Origin: Limnothrix sp. BL-A-16
Lineage (GTDB): Bacteria > Cyanobacteriota > Cyanobacteriia > CACIAM-69d
Assembly (NCBI GenBank): GCA_041937175.2
Contig: CP166615.1
Span: 384,001-448,000 of the forward strand
Length of the DNA stretch: 64,000 nt
Direction: 5' to 3'
Shown here: in pieces, positions 1 through 10,688 of the stretch
Numbering within the stretch: position 1 is the first letter of the stretch
Layout of the letters: each line of letters opens with the position of its first letter
Program-made: the position numbers and the translations under genes
Notes under the pieces: generated by a model
Database searches by the model: none
What the model was told of the DNA's origin: nothing
The model's input: the letters and a program-made list of their open reading frames with translations, nothing else

Positions 1-515
1 TGAATTAAGCCGGATGGATCTTGGGAAATTTCGTCATATAACCCTTCTTGTAATTGCAGAATAGTCAAGCGATTTTCGAGGGGATCCACAATCCAATATT
101 CAGGAATTCCCGCTGCGGCATATTCCGATCGCTTGTAGCGGTAATCCCGCCCGATCGAATCCAAGCTGACAATTTCCACAGCGAGCAAGGGCGGCGTTTC
201 AAAAACCGCCGATCGCCCCGCTAATTCCTGCACCTGCTCCCGCTGCACCACGCATAGATCCACCACGCGCGATCGCCTAAATCCCGTCCTGACTCCGATT
301 TCAGAAAATACCAGCCAAGGCAGATTAGCCTGCTGAATCGCCTGTTCAAAGTAATGGGTTAGAAACTTGGCAATCAAAAAGTGCTCGATTTTGGGTGGAT
401 TCATGGGAATTAGTTCACCATCCACAAATTCATAACGAACATCACTGGCTGCGTCATCGGTTTGATAATTGAGATAGTCCTCAAAGGTCAAGAGGCGATC
501 GCGAGTTATAACCAT
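1..515 (-). CDS. Uma2/DUF820 family putative restriction endonuclease (runs off the window edge; missing from the ORF track)
   Basis: Manual translation from the ATG at 515: MVITRDRLLTFEDYLNY...RYEFVDGELIPMNPP...PPLLAVEIVSLDS..RDYRYKRSEYAAAGIPEYWIVDP. These are hallmark Uma2 motifs. Confidence 0.9.
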   Translation of the reverse strand, partial: MVITRDRLLTFEDYLNYQTDDAASDVRYEFVDGELIPMNPPKIEHFLIAKFLTHYFEQAIQQANLPWLVFSEIGVRTGFRRSRVVDLCVVQREQVQELAGRSAVFETPPLLAVEIVSLDSIGRDYRYKRSEYAAAGIPEYWIVDPLENRLTILQLQEGLYDEISQDPSGLI

Positions 516-653
516 CGAGTTCTGTCCTGATGTTGGCTATTTTGGTTCTTGCTTGAAATCTTGATTTCATTGAAATTTGAGATGGTTTGGAACTCTGGCT
601 GATTGTGATTTTGGTTGGTGATTATTGTGATTTTAAGTAACTTGAATTGACAG

Positions 654-3119
654 TTATTCAATTGCTAAATGCTGGAAGGTTAGCGTGATCGGGCGGTTGC
701 CAGCCGCAGGAATTTGATCGCGCAGAGTGATGGATTGTTCATAAACCAAGCATAGCTGACTCCTGCCGGCTGGTAAGGTGATCGGTAAGTTCAAATCCAG
801 AGTTTGGTTACGGGATAAAAGTTCACTGCGCCACAGGAGTTCATCATCTAAAAAGATGCTGAGTCGCTGACTGGTCACAGGCACTGTCGCTTGAATTTTG
901 AGCTGTCGAGTTTGAGACCGATCGCTCTGCAAATCCAGGACAGTCATGGGGGCCAAACCCCAGCGTTGACCCCGGCGATTGCGATCTAACCCGCCGCGAA
1001 TTTCCACACCGCGCACAGTTCCGAACTGCACGAGGTCCAGCTCCGGCATGGTGGTTTTCAGGGGGGCGGCTTCCGGATCCAGGCGATCGCGATTGGCAGG
1101 ATCTGGGCTGACGGGGGCTGGGTCAAGGAAGGGCGAGAAACGCAACAGTCGCGCCTGATCCAAATCGACGAGGCCTTGCCAGGGGGCTGGCTTGGGAATA
1201 AACACCACACGCCCCATGCCCGGCACGGTGGTTTTGGCGATCGGGTGGCCCAATTGGGCATAAAACTCCCTTTCGCATCCCCGAGCCAGGCGATCAACAT
1301 AGAGATTAATGCCCGCAAAATCGCCTAATTGAAAGAATCGCCGAAAAAACTCCCACTCATCCCTGCGAAAACAGCGGCGCTGGCGTTGGGTTTGGTTTAA
1401 ATCTGGATGATCGGGCAGGGCCAAATATTGCCAACCGGCTTCGAGGTAGGGGGTGAGCTGGCTGGGATGCAATCGCCCCAAATATTGCCCCACGGTGGCT
1501 TTGTGGTGAAACCGGCTAAGGGCGTGGGTGCTGGGATTATGGGCAAAAAAAGGGCAGGTGCCATCGCCACTGCCCACGCCGTTTCCCCCTGTTACGCAAA
1601 AGGGCCAGTCCAAAACAGCCGTGCCCGGCTGCTGGGCCACTAGGGCCATGTAAGGCTGAAAGCTGGGGTCTAGGGGTTGTTCGCGAGGTTTGAGGCCATA
1701 ACCGCCGATCAAATCCAGCAAGCAGATCCCTGCCACGGCCCAGGCGGCCCAGCGGTTCCATTGCCGCGATCGGGCCGATCGACCCGCATCCGGTTGCCAA
1801 CCCAGGCTGCATAGGGCCAGAGCGATCGGGAAGACCACCGTGCCCCGTCCGGCCACGCGATTAAACGAAAACCAGGGAAACCATTGCAAAATCGGTAAAT
1901 CCCAGGGGCGATAGGCCATTAAACAGCCCATCAACAAACCCAGGGGCACAAACGCCGCCCACCAGCGCCGCCGTTGCCAGCAGCCGATCGCCCCCGCTAG
2001 CAACAGCCCCCAACCAACCACCCCATCAAAGTCTGTTTCCAAGGGGCTGGGCAGCACAGCTCGCCACCAGCCAGCCGCCGCGATCGGGTTGATTTGAGGC
2101 CAATAGGGAGCCAGAAGGCGCAGGGGATGGGCAAACCAAGCCCGATCGAAGCTGTTGCTCCAGTCCAATTCCTTGGCTAACTGCACGATGGGAATCACCG
2201 GCAGCAGATATAACCAAGCGGCCCAAATGATCAGGGCGATCAATCCCCACTCGATCGGGCGGAAGGGCGGCCAGCCATAAATCCAATAGCCAAGCCGGAG
2301 CTGCCAATCTGGGTTCTTTTCGCTTTGGTTGGCATCGGCAGCCCGCTCAATCGCTGGGGTTCGCCACCGCCACCACCTCACCGCCAACATCCATCCTCCC
2401 GACAGCACCAGCGACAGCAGCCCAAACCCCGCCACATAGCCCAAGTCTTGGCCCAAACTGAGGAGCACCAACGCCACGCGCCCCAGCCACCAGGCCCGCC
2501 CGATCGCCCGGCCCCGCACAAATCGCCACACCAACACAAAATCCGTGGCCAGGCTCAGACCCAGCCAATGGACGATCGCCATGTTGCTATGGAACGGAAA
2601 CTTACAAATCAGGGCGTAGATGTTCAAAAACACCGCCCCGATCGCCGTCAAAATTGCCCGCCGTTCCCCAAAGTCCGGTTGCAAAATCCGCGCGATGCCA
2701 AAGAGGGCGATCGCCACCGACAGCAGAAAATATAGTTTTAGCCAAGGGCCCGCTCCACCCAGGCTGAAGAGCAAGGCATAGAACAAATCCCGCTCCAGAC
2801 CCCAGGCCTGAAGAGCCACTTGCCCCCCGTAGGGATAAAACGCCCGATCGCTGACTAAATCGATGTGCGGCAGGGGCCACCAGTGCCAATGCTCCCGCAC
2901 ATAAAATCCCATCGCTTCCCAGAGATCCGTGTCCCCCGCTCCCACCACCGGGAGCCAAGGCTGGGGCCCCAAAATCAAACCCCCCAGCAGACCATACAAC
3001 AGCGCCGCCAACCACCACCCCTGAGGATGTCGTGTGCGGGCGCTGCGCCAGGCCGCTGCCAGGGCCTTGGTCTTAGTCTTGAATATATTCCGCACCGGTG
3101 GCCAAAGCCTGTTCTGCAC
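654..3119 (-). CDS. Polytopic membrane protein, probably GT-C-fold glycosyltransferase-like (YfhO-like), with a soluble C-terminal domain
   Basis: 821-aa ORF with about 10 hydrophobic segments, an N-terminal GD..W motif and FYPYG. The start overlaps the DUF4346 gene, so the true start may be downstream. Confidence 0.55.
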   Translation of the reverse strand: MQNRLWPPVRNIFKTKTKALAAAWRSARTRHPQGWWLAALLYGLLGGLILGPQPWLPVVGAGDTDLWEAMGFYVREHWHWWPLPHIDLVSDRAFYPYGGQVALQAWGLERDLFYALLFSLGGAGPWLKLYFLLSVAIALFGIARILQPDFGERRAILTAIGAVFLNIYALICKFPFHSNMAIVHWLGLSLATDFVLVWRFVRGRAIGRAWWLGRVALVLLSLGQDLGYVAGFGLLSLVLSGGWMLAVRWWRWRTPAIERAADANQSEKNPDWQLRLGYWIYGWPPFRPIEWGLIALIIWAAWLYLLPVIPIVQLAKELDWSNSFDRAWFAHPLRLLAPYWPQINPIAAAGWWRAVLPSPLETDFDGVVGWGLLLAGAIGCWQRRRWWAAFVPLGLLMGCLMAYRPWDLPILQWFPWFSFNRVAGRGTVVFPIALALCSLGWQPDAGRSARSRQWNRWAAWAVAGICLLDLIGGYGLKPREQPLDPSFQPYMALVAQQPGTAVLDWPFCVTGGNGVGSGDGTCPFFAHNPSTHALSRFHHKATVGQYLGRLHPSQLTPYLEAGWQYLALPDHPDLNQTQRQRRCFRRDEWEFFRRFFQLGDFAGINLYVDRLARGCEREFYAQLGHPIAKTTVPGMGRVVFIPKPAPWQGLVDLDQARLLRFSPFLDPAPVSPDPANRDRLDPEAAPLKTTMPELDLVQFGTVRGVEIRGGLDRNRRGQRWGLAPMTVLDLQSDRSQTRQLKIQATVPVTSQRLSIFLDDELLWRSELLSRNQTLDLNLPITLPAGRSQLCLVYEQSITLRDQIPAAGNRPITLTFQHLAIE

Positions 3120-3471
3120 GCATGAACTCTCGGCCTAAATAAGCTGCATGATCCAGCATTGAAACCGGTATCGGCTGGGTTTGTTCGAGCAATTTCACAC
3201 AGAGTTCCTTGGCGGTGCGTCCGGTATAGAGGGCCTCGGCCGTGCGCGGAACAGAACCCTTCGCCGGAATCACCTTGCCGGTGACCGGATCCGTGGCCAA
3301 GCCCCGATCGTTAATCACGGTGCTGTAGTGTTTGGCGCAAATTAAGGCCTGTTCCCGATCGAGGTAGATCACGAAATAGCCAGCCGGGTCAAGGTCTAAA
3401 GGCCGTTGGGATAATTCATCGTCGATCGCTTGGCGTGTTTCCACAGAATTGAGGGTCATATCAACTGACAT
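3073..3471 (-). CDS. DUF4346 domain protein
   Basis: Motifs LDPAGYFVIYLD...GRTAKEL...LDHAAYLGREF.RAE.AL..G.EY.QD. Confidence 0.85.
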   Translation of the reverse strand: MSVDMTLNSVETRQAIDDELSQRPLDLDPAGYFVIYLDREQALICAKHYSTVINDRGLATDPVTGKVIPAKGSVPRTAEALYTGRTAKELCVKLLEQTQPIPVSMLDHAAYLGREFMRAEQALATGAEYIQD

Positions 3472-3516
3472 ATTGACGGGTAGATGAATGGATCAATTAT
3501 CAGATGAATTTGATGC

Positions 3517-4641
3517 CTAATCACGATTCACATTGCCAAGCTGCGACGAAATAAACCGATCCATCCAACCGTTCAAGTAGGCAATATTAGCCGATTGATG
3601 GGCCGGGTCAACTGACTCCAGGGGATGGGGAGCCAAGCCACGCAGCGCCGCCGTGGTGACACAATACATGGACTTTTGAAATGATTGGCAAATTTTCACC
3701 AATAAATCGTCTTCATGGCGCAGGCTATTTTCATAGAATTGATGCAAATAATCGGGCACAAAATGCCGCATGTCCTGCATCAGAAGGGTCGGCGGAATAC
3801 CTGCGCCGCCCACGGGCAATGGGTCAGCGTAGAGCGCACCATAGGCGAAATCTCCCTGTTCGGTGGGGATGCGGGCCGCTTGGGCATTGTAGGAAATCGT
3901 GCCACTGAAGGGGGTTCCTCGGAAAAAGACCGCCTCCACGTAGGGCACAGCCGCATCCATCAGGAAGGTCATCTTGGCCGATCGGGGCACAATGTCATAG
4001 GTCACCCCGCCCAATTCCACGGCATATTCGATCGGGGAATTGGCCCCCGCCACCAGACCATCTTGGATATGTTGAACCACCTGGGGAATGGTGGTGATTT
4101 TGCGGCGATCGTACTGATCTGAAAGGCTCATGAACATGTCGCTCATGATTCGCCAAAATTGCCCCAAGGCTCGGTAATAGGCTAATTGCCGCACTTGCTC
4201 TAGCAGAAATTCAGGAAAGAGCTGATCCATTCCCAGGACGATCGGGTTTTTGGCGAAACGGGCCCGAATGGCTTTTTGAGCAAGGGCAATAAATTCTGGT
4301 GAATCTAGATAGTGATCGTAGCGGCCGCCCCCATGCCAGAACATGGCTTTCATGCAATATTCGGCATATTCAAAATTGATTCGATCGTGCTGCCAATGTT
4401 TCAGTAACTTTGGCAACGAGATTTCGCCATTAAAGTATTTAAAAAACGGGAAGAATCGCAAAAATTGATGTAGAGCAATATAGTTTAGGTTATTAGAATA
4501 GGCATCTAAAACAATGCCGTAGCTATGCAAAATGCCCACCACTTCCAGCACGTTGCTGGGGCTGTCTTTCAGCAGTGCTTCCCCTTGCAAGAGCTGCTCG
4601 ATCGTGCTGTTCAGGGGATGGGTGGCAGTCATAGAGAGCAT
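3517..4641 (-). CDS. cupB: CO2 hydration protein CupB (ChpX) of NDH-1(4)
   Basis: Motifs EVVGILHSYG, RINFEYAEYCM, GIPPTLLMQDM. At 374 aa it matches the shorter CupB class, and it follows ndhF/ndhD next to ccm genes. Confidence 0.9.
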   Translation of the reverse strand: MLSMTATHPLNSTIEQLLQGEALLKDSPSNVLEVVGILHSYGIVLDAYSNNLNYIALHQFLRFFPFFKYFNGEISLPKLLKHWQHDRINFEYAEYCMKAMFWHGGGRYDHYLDSPEFIALAQKAIRARFAKNPIVLGMDQLFPEFLLEQVRQLAYYRALGQFWRIMSDMFMSLSDQYDRRKITTIPQVVQHIQDGLVAGANSPIEYAVELGGVTYDIVPRSAKMTFLMDAAVPYVEAVFFRGTPFSGTISYNAQAARIPTEQGDFAYGALYADPLPVGGAGIPPTLLMQDMRHFVPDYLHQFYENSLRHEDDLLVKICQSFQKSMYCVTTAALRGLAPHPLESVDPAHQSANIAYLNGWMDRFISSQLGNVNRD

Positions 4642-4732
4642 GGGTTAAAAACCTTAAGCTGGGGCAGGGGTATTGAAATTTGCAGTTTGAATTCGTGGCT
4701 TGAATTCGTGGCTTGGGAACTGGTAATTCTAA

Positions 4733-4866
4733 GAGGATGTCTGAAGAGCCAAAACTGTGACCTTCCGGGTCTCACCAACCGGCAAAGACAAGGGGCTTAA
4801 GCCCCTCGCCCCCATGATCACGACTAGTGCCTTGCAAGTACCCCAAGTCACTGCTCAGACATCCTC
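4733..4866. mobile_element. MITE-like mini-element, family A copy 1 (134 bp), containing a REP-like palindrome
   Basis: Perfect 12-bp TIRs GAGGATGTCTGA / TCAGACATCCTC flanked by TAA/TAG. Homologous to 37257-37488. Internal CAAGGGGCTTAAGCCCCTCG at 4789-4808. Confidence 0.8.
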
Positions 4867-4993
4867 TAGCCATCTGATTATATGAGGATGCCAAAGGAGC
4901 AATCAGAATCGGCCTGCGGTTGGTGATGTTCGTGCCCGATCGCGGAGTGATGACCGGGGTGATCGGGTAGTAAAAAAACAGAGCGGTGATTAC

Positions 4994-6508
4994 TTAGGGG
5001 CTGTGATGGGCCGCTAGGGCGATCGCGGTGGTGACTGGCTCGCTCCAGTAGGCTAACCAACTGGGTTGCAAACCAAACAGGGCGATCGGGACGGCCAAAG
5101 CAATGGCCGGGGCCCGATCGAGCCAACTCACCGAAGGTAAATTGGCCACCCGCTCCGTCAGCCGCCCAAAAAATGACTGATTCAGCAAAATCAGAAAATA
5201 GACCGCCGTTAGCCCCGTGCCAACCATGCAAAGCAACGTGTAGATCGGATAGGTGGGGAAACTGCCTCGGAAGATCAAAAACTCCGCAATGAAGCCCGCC
5301 ATCCCGGGAATGCCACTACTGGCCATCACCCCCAACACCATCAGCGACCCCACCACCGGCAAGCCCCGCTGGGGATTAAACAACCCACTGAGGTCACTCA
5401 GTTGGCGAGTGCCCACCTTTTTATAAACAATCCCCACCAGCAGAAACAACAGGCCAGAAATCAAGCCATGGGCCACCATCTGAAACTCTGCACCCATGAG
5501 GCTGACGGGGGTGGCCGCCGCCGTCGCTAGCAAAATAAAGCCCATGTGACCCACGGAACTGTAGGCCACCAGGCGTTTCATATCCCCGTTGGCGATGCCT
5601 TCGGAAATGGCGGCAAAGGAACCATAGAGCACACTCACCACGGCCCAGGCGGCCATCCAAGGCGCAATTTGGCTCCAGGCTTCGGGGAACATGCCCAACC
5701 CAAACCGGATTAAGCCATAGGTTCCCAACTTCAGCAGCACGCCGGCCAGCAAAACGGAGATGGGCGTGGAGGCTTCCACGTGGGCATCGGGCAACCAGGT
5801 ATGGAGGGGAACCAGGGGAATTTTGATGCCAAAGCCCACCACAAGCAGCGCCAACAGCAAGAGTTGAGAAGCGGCGGGCAAGAGGGAGTCGGGGGCGGTG
5901 GCTTGGGCGATCGCAAATTCCCGCAGGGGTTCATAGCCAAAGGTGCTGAAACCGGCGGCGCTGGCTAGTCCTAGGAAGGCGGCCAAGATCAAAATTCCGG
6001 AAACGGCTGTGTAGATCAAAAATTTGGTGGCCGCATAGCCGCGCCGGGCCCCGCCCCAAATGGCAATCAGGAAATAGAGGGGAATGAGTTCTAGCTCATA
6101 GAACAGGAAGAACAGCAGCAGGTCTTGGGCGAGAAACGCTCCGTAGACACCGCTGGTGAGCAACAACAGCAGGCTGTAGTAAAACCGGGGGCGGTTGATG
6201 GCTTCGTTGGTGCTGAAGATGGCGATGCCGACCAGCAAGGTGTTGAGCACCACCAGCGGGAAGGACAGGCCATCAATGGCGAGGCTGTAGCTGAGGCCGA
6301 GCCGATCGATCCAGGGGAAGGACTCGATCAGCGCTAGGCGATCGGTGCTGGGGTCAAACTGGGTCACGATCACGCCGGTAACGATCGTCAGGCCAATCCA
6401 GTTCAAGATGGCCGCTTGGCGGGCCTGGGTGGCGTTGACTTTGCCGGGCCAAAGGGCGATCGCGATCGCCCCGACAATGGGAATCCAAACCAACAAACTC
6501 AGCAGCAC
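4994..6508 (-). CDS. ndhD4: NDH-1 subunit NdhD4
   Basis: NuoM-family motifs (FYELELIP, PLHTWLPDAHVEA, LLKLGTYG); lies between ndhF4 and cupB. Confidence 0.9.
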   Translation of the reverse strand: MLLSLLVWIPIVGAIAIALWPGKVNATQARQAAILNWIGLTIVTGVIVTQFDPSTDRLALIESFPWIDRLGLSYSLAIDGLSFPLVVLNTLLVGIAIFSTNEAINRPRFYYSLLLLLTSGVYGAFLAQDLLLFFLFYELELIPLYFLIAIWGGARRGYAATKFLIYTAVSGILILAAFLGLASAAGFSTFGYEPLREFAIAQATAPDSLLPAASQLLLLALLVVGFGIKIPLVPLHTWLPDAHVEASTPISVLLAGVLLKLGTYGLIRFGLGMFPEAWSQIAPWMAAWAVVSVLYGSFAAISEGIANGDMKRLVAYSSVGHMGFILLATAAATPVSLMGAEFQMVAHGLISGLLFLLVGIVYKKVGTRQLSDLSGLFNPQRGLPVVGSLMVLGVMASSGIPGMAGFIAEFLIFRGSFPTYPIYTLLCMVGTGLTAVYFLILLNQSFFGRLTERVANLPSVSWLDRAPAIALAVPIALFGLQPSWLAYWSEPVTTAIALAAHHSP

Positions 6509-6609
6509 AGTTTTTTCCTCTTTGTCTCAGCAATCGCGCGGCCGTTGATTATGCAGCCGTCTCTTTGCCGGTTATTTCCCTGATCTCCTGTTCCCTGGGC
6601 GCTCGGTTG

Positions 6610-8481
6610 CTAGAACCACAGTTGCGCCAAGGACCATCCAGCCAAAACCACCATCATGCTGACGCTGATCAGCACCACCAGAACGTAGCCTTGGGATTGG
6701 CCAGAGGTGCTGTATTTCAAGCCTTCGCCACCAAACAGGGCCGCCACTCCCACCAAGTTCACCAAGCCGTCAATGATGTAGCGATCGACCCAGGCCGTGA
6801 ACCGGGCCGCCGCCCCCACCACGAGGGCAATGGTAATTCGATAAATTCGATCGATATAAAAGTCGTAGGCCAACAGGTCTTGCAGGGCTGGAACCGGCAA
6901 CTGCACCGGCCGCGAGACTGCCCCAAAGCTATAGATGGCAATTCCGATCGCCGCGCCCAGGGCCGCCGAAGTCACCAGGGCGATCGTTTCCGTGATCGGA
7001 AATTGCAGCATTCCCACCCGGGTTAAGAGTAGTTGCCACCGCTCCAACATCAAGGGAACCAACAGGGTCAGCACGATCGAGGACACGATCGGCACGGCCA
7101 TCGTCCAGCCCACCTCCGGGGCCCGGCGAGTTTTGGGTTGTGTGGAGCCGCCAAACACCAGCCCAAACACTCGGGCCAAATTCAGCGCCGTCAAACCATT
7201 CACCAACAAGACCACCGCGATCGACCAACTGGGCATGGTCGGCTCACTGAGCCACCGTTCCATGGCCCAAAAGGATCCCAAGGGCAACAGGGCCACCATC
7301 CCCATGGAGCCAGCCACAAAAGCCATAGTAGAAACGGGCATTTTTGACCATAAACCGCCCATTTGGGTCATGTCCTGGGTGCTGGTGTTCAGAATGACAC
7401 CGCCAATGCTGGTGAACAGGGCCGCCTTCGCGATCGCATGGGTCAGCAGCAACAGCAACGCCACATCCGTTTGTTGCAACCCCACCGCAATGAACACCAA
7501 CCCCAGATAGGCGCTGGTGGTGTGGGACAGGGCCCGCTTCAGGTCAATTTGGGCAATTCCCACCAACGAGGCCCCGATCGCCGTCATGGTTCCCAAGGCA
7601 ATGGGAATCGCCGACCCCAAGGGCGACAGGGCCAACACCGGAGCCAGCTTAATCAGCACATAGGCTCCACAGGCCACCACGATCGAGTTGCGCATCAGGG
7701 AAGCCGGATTGGGCCCCTCCATGGCTTCGTCCAGCCACAGGTGCAGCGGAAATTGGGCACATTTGCCCGTGGGCCCCGCAATTAGGGCGATCGCCAGCAA
7801 ACCCGCTTGCCAGTCCGTTAACTGGGCCGTTTGGGCCCAGTCCGCCAAATCCGAAAAATTCAAACTGCCGCTGAGGGTCGAAAGGGCCAACGTCCCCATC
7901 AGCAGCAAAATATCCCCCACCCGCTTGGTCAGAAAGGCATCCCGGGCCCCCGTAACAGCCAAGGGTTGTGCGTACCAATAGCCCACGATCAGATAGGTGG
8001 AAAGGGTCAGCATCTCTAGCAGGCAGTAGCTCAACAGCAACGAATCGCTGATCGCTAAGCCGCTCATGGCCCCTTCAAAAAAGCCCATCATGGCGAAGAA
8101 TCGCGCCAAGCCCCAGTCTTTTTCCAAGTAACCCAGAGAGTAGACCTGTGCCACCAAACTCAGCCCCGTGACCAGCTCCATGGCCCCCAAGCTGACCGGA
8201 GAAACCTCCAAGACAAAGGAGAGCTTGAAATCCGCCACCTCCAGCCAATTGAAGCTGAGGTATTGCGCCTCCTGACCCCAAAATTCCCGAAACAGCCAAC
8301 CGCCGTGGATGGCGGCCAAAATTGTCATCAATAGGTTGATGTAGGCGGCGGGCCGGGGCCCCGTGCGGCGGATGGTTCCCGTGGCCCAAGGCAGGGTCAT
8401 CAACGCCCCAATCAAGCCATAGGCCGGCACAAGCCAGACGGTTTGCACCAGCCATTGAGTCAGGGGGGGTAAGGCGGTCAT
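6610..8481 (-). CDS. ndhF4: NDH-1 subunit NdhF4
   Basis: Motifs RRTGPRPAAY, GKCAQFPLHLWLDEAMEGP, YDFYIDRIY; operon context. Confidence 0.9.
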   Translation of the reverse strand: MTALPPLTQWLVQTVWLVPAYGLIGALMTLPWATGTIRRTGPRPAAYINLLMTILAAIHGGWLFREFWGQEAQYLSFNWLEVADFKLSFVLEVSPVSLGAMELVTGLSLVAQVYSLGYLEKDWGLARFFAMMGFFEGAMSGLAISDSLLLSYCLLEMLTLSTYLIVGYWYAQPLAVTGARDAFLTKRVGDILLLMGTLALSTLSGSLNFSDLADWAQTAQLTDWQAGLLAIALIAGPTGKCAQFPLHLWLDEAMEGPNPASLMRNSIVVACGAYVLIKLAPVLALSPLGSAIPIALGTMTAIGASLVGIAQIDLKRALSHTTSAYLGLVFIAVGLQQTDVALLLLLTHAIAKAALFTSIGGVILNTSTQDMTQMGGLWSKMPVSTMAFVAGSMGMVALLPLGSFWAMERWLSEPTMPSWSIAVVLLVNGLTALNLARVFGLVFGGSTQPKTRRAPEVGWTMAVPIVSSIVLTLLVPLMLERWQLLLTRVGMLQFPITETIALVTSAALGAAIGIAIYSFGAVSRPVQLPVPALQDLLAYDFYIDRIYRITIALVVGAAARFTAWVDRYIIDGLVNLVGVAALFGGEGLKYSTSGQSQGYVLVVLISVSMMVVLAGWSLAQLWF

Positions 8482-9574
8482 GGGCGATCGCGCTCAAGGT
8501 AAGGGTGAACAGGAAAATTTAAAAAGGCCCAAGATGGCGCAATGAGGCAACAACGATCACGAACGATCGAAAACAGCGATCGAAAAGACCGAAAAGGATG
8601 ATCGGAGGTTCACGATCGGCAGCGATGACCAAGAACAGTGATCAGCGGCCGCCAAAGGCAGGATCTCGCAACCGGAGCGAGCAAATGGTTTAGCCGACGG
8701 CCCCGCCAGGGTGGGTTGCAAGGGGTGAGCCGCGATCGGGCTACAGCAAATGGGCCGCTGAATGGGTCAACATCCAGCGGTGATGCGGTCAATGGGCGAT
8801 CGCGCCCTTGGGGAGGTCTGCCCTGGCCCGATCGGCCGCGAGACAGACGGCGAGTTAGCCGGCCATCGTTAAGCCTAGCAAGTGATTGGATCGGTTTTGA
8901 TCCTCTGCGATCCTCAGTTTGGCATCCCCCTGAACTGGGTTCGCGCCGCTGCTAAGGGAATCCTGGGGCGATCGGGTGTTTTGACCGCTGAGGATGCGGA
9001 TCCCATGCGGTTGCTTTTGATCATTTTCAGATCATTCCATGCCAAGTGTTGATGGGATGCCTGGGGAAATCGCGATCAACTTTGCAATTCCTTTGTGGGG
9101 GGATTAATTTTTCTGATTTTCTGATAAGCGAACGGGGGCTTAACCGCAAGTTATCAAAACGATTGAGATTAAAAAAGCTGATTGGGGACGCTTTTCACTA
9201 CACTAGGGAATAGGCAAACTAGTTAGTAAAGCGTTCATTCCTGCCCAGGTAGCAATCCGTAACGAATCGTTGCGGGGCGAATTGCCTTAGGTGCTGTCCC
9301 CTGTAGCCTAATGCGTAGGGAGCCGTAACTAGGCTTGGGAAGTTCGTCAACGCTATTCTGCGGGGGAATCGCGGGTTCAGTGGGTTTTTTTACGAAAACC
9401 CGCGTTCTATCGTGCGTATTATTTCCAATTCTTGAGAAATAATGGCTAGCGCCAGATCCCCAAGGGGGGTACGATAAATGCCGCGATCGCACTAGCGCAG
9501 GGACGATCGTCCTTGGAAATAACCAAGGCGTTCTACAACATTCGCGTTTACGACACAACATAAGGAGTTCGGCA

Positions 9575-9883
9575 ATGCCTATTGCAGTCGGAATGATTGA
9601 AACCCGTGGTTTTCCCGCCGTTGTGGAAGCCGCTGATGCGATGGTGAAGGCCGCTCGGGTGACCCTGGTGGGCTACGAGAAAATCGGTAGCGCCCGCGTG
9701 ACCGTGATCGTTCGTGGCGATGTGTCGGAAGTGCAAGCTTCCGTGGCCGCTGGCGTGGAATCCGTGCGCCGTGTGAACGGTGGTGAAGTGGTTTCGACCC
9801 ACATCATTGCCCGTCCCCACGAAAACCTGGAGTATGTGCTGCCGATCCGCTACACCGAGGCAGTGCAACAGTTCTCGGAATAG
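9575..9883 (+). CDS. ccmK2: Carboxysome shell hexamer CcmK2
   Basis: [29 protein letters not shown]; 102 aa without the CcmK1 tail; AAGGAG RBS. Confidence 0.93.
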   Translation: MPIAVGMIETRGFPAVVEAADAMVKAARVTLVGYEKIGSARVTVIVRGDVSEVQASVAAGVESVRRVNGGEVVSTHIIARPHENLEYVLPIRYTEAVQQFSE

Positions 9884-10352
9884 TCATCCAAGCGCGAAGT
9901 TGGCTGCGTTAGGCTTTGACGCAATTTCAGCGGGCAGCAGTTTTTAAGCGATCGAGCATGAGAATCAGTCGTCTCCATCAGAGGTCTAATCCCGGTCATC
10001 GGGCAATTTAAACCATTGGTGTTGAGATCAAGGTTCCGAATGCGCTGGCATGACGCGATCGCCCTATCGAAATTGGTTAAGACCTAACTTCATCCAACGG
10101 GCTAAAAATTTTTGTTTAGGTCTGATAACGACTCGATCGCACTGTCGGTTAGTCAGTGCGCATCCCGATATTCCGAAACAATGCAATTTATTGAATTGCA
10201 AAGCGTTTTTAGAACTTTCTGATCGAGGCGATCGCTTCGATCAAGTCAGTGGCTAAAACGGATAGGAGTGTTGAGGGTGAGTCCTCGTAAAAAAGCTTCA
10301 AAGTGCCTGTTGTTTTCGCGATCGTTCACAGTGCTGGTTTGAATCAGTTGCT

Positions 10353-10688
10353 ATGCAAATTGCACGGGTCTGCGGCACGGTGGTTAGCACCCAAAAGGAA
10401 CCCAGCCTACGGGGTGTGAAGTTTCTGTTGGTGCAGTTGGTCGATGCGGCCGGTCAGCTCACGCCGAAATATGAGGTGGTGGCTGACGGGGTTGGGGCTG
10501 GCATGGATGAATGGGTGCTGGTGGCCCGGGGCAGCGCTGCTCGTCAAGTGGAGGGGGGCGAAGGTCGTCCAATTGACGCGGCGGCCATTGCGATCATCGA
10601 TACCGTGAGCGCTGAAAACATGCGCTTGTACAGCAAGAGCGATGAAGACCGGCTGTTGTTGCCCAATAATGCCCGGTTGCCCAATTAA
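10353..10688 (+). CDS. ccmL: Carboxysome vertex pentamer CcmL
   Basis: MQIARVCGTVVSTQK...GSAAR...IDAAAIAIID (EutN/CcmL family). Confidence 0.95.
   Translation: MQIARVCGTVVSTQKEPSLRGVKFLLVQLVDAAGQLTPKYEVVADGVGAGMDEWVLVARGSAARQVEGGEGRPIDAAAIAIIDTVSAENMRLYSKSDEDRLLLPNNARLPN

Noticed and set aside
1..515. Uma2 (or the EVE gene at 56114) as part of a defence system
   Set aside because: Both are common stand-alone genes, and no partner defence genes are visible here.
10050..10256. ORF between ccmK and ccmL as a ccmK1 candidate
   Set aside because: No BMC-domain similarity.
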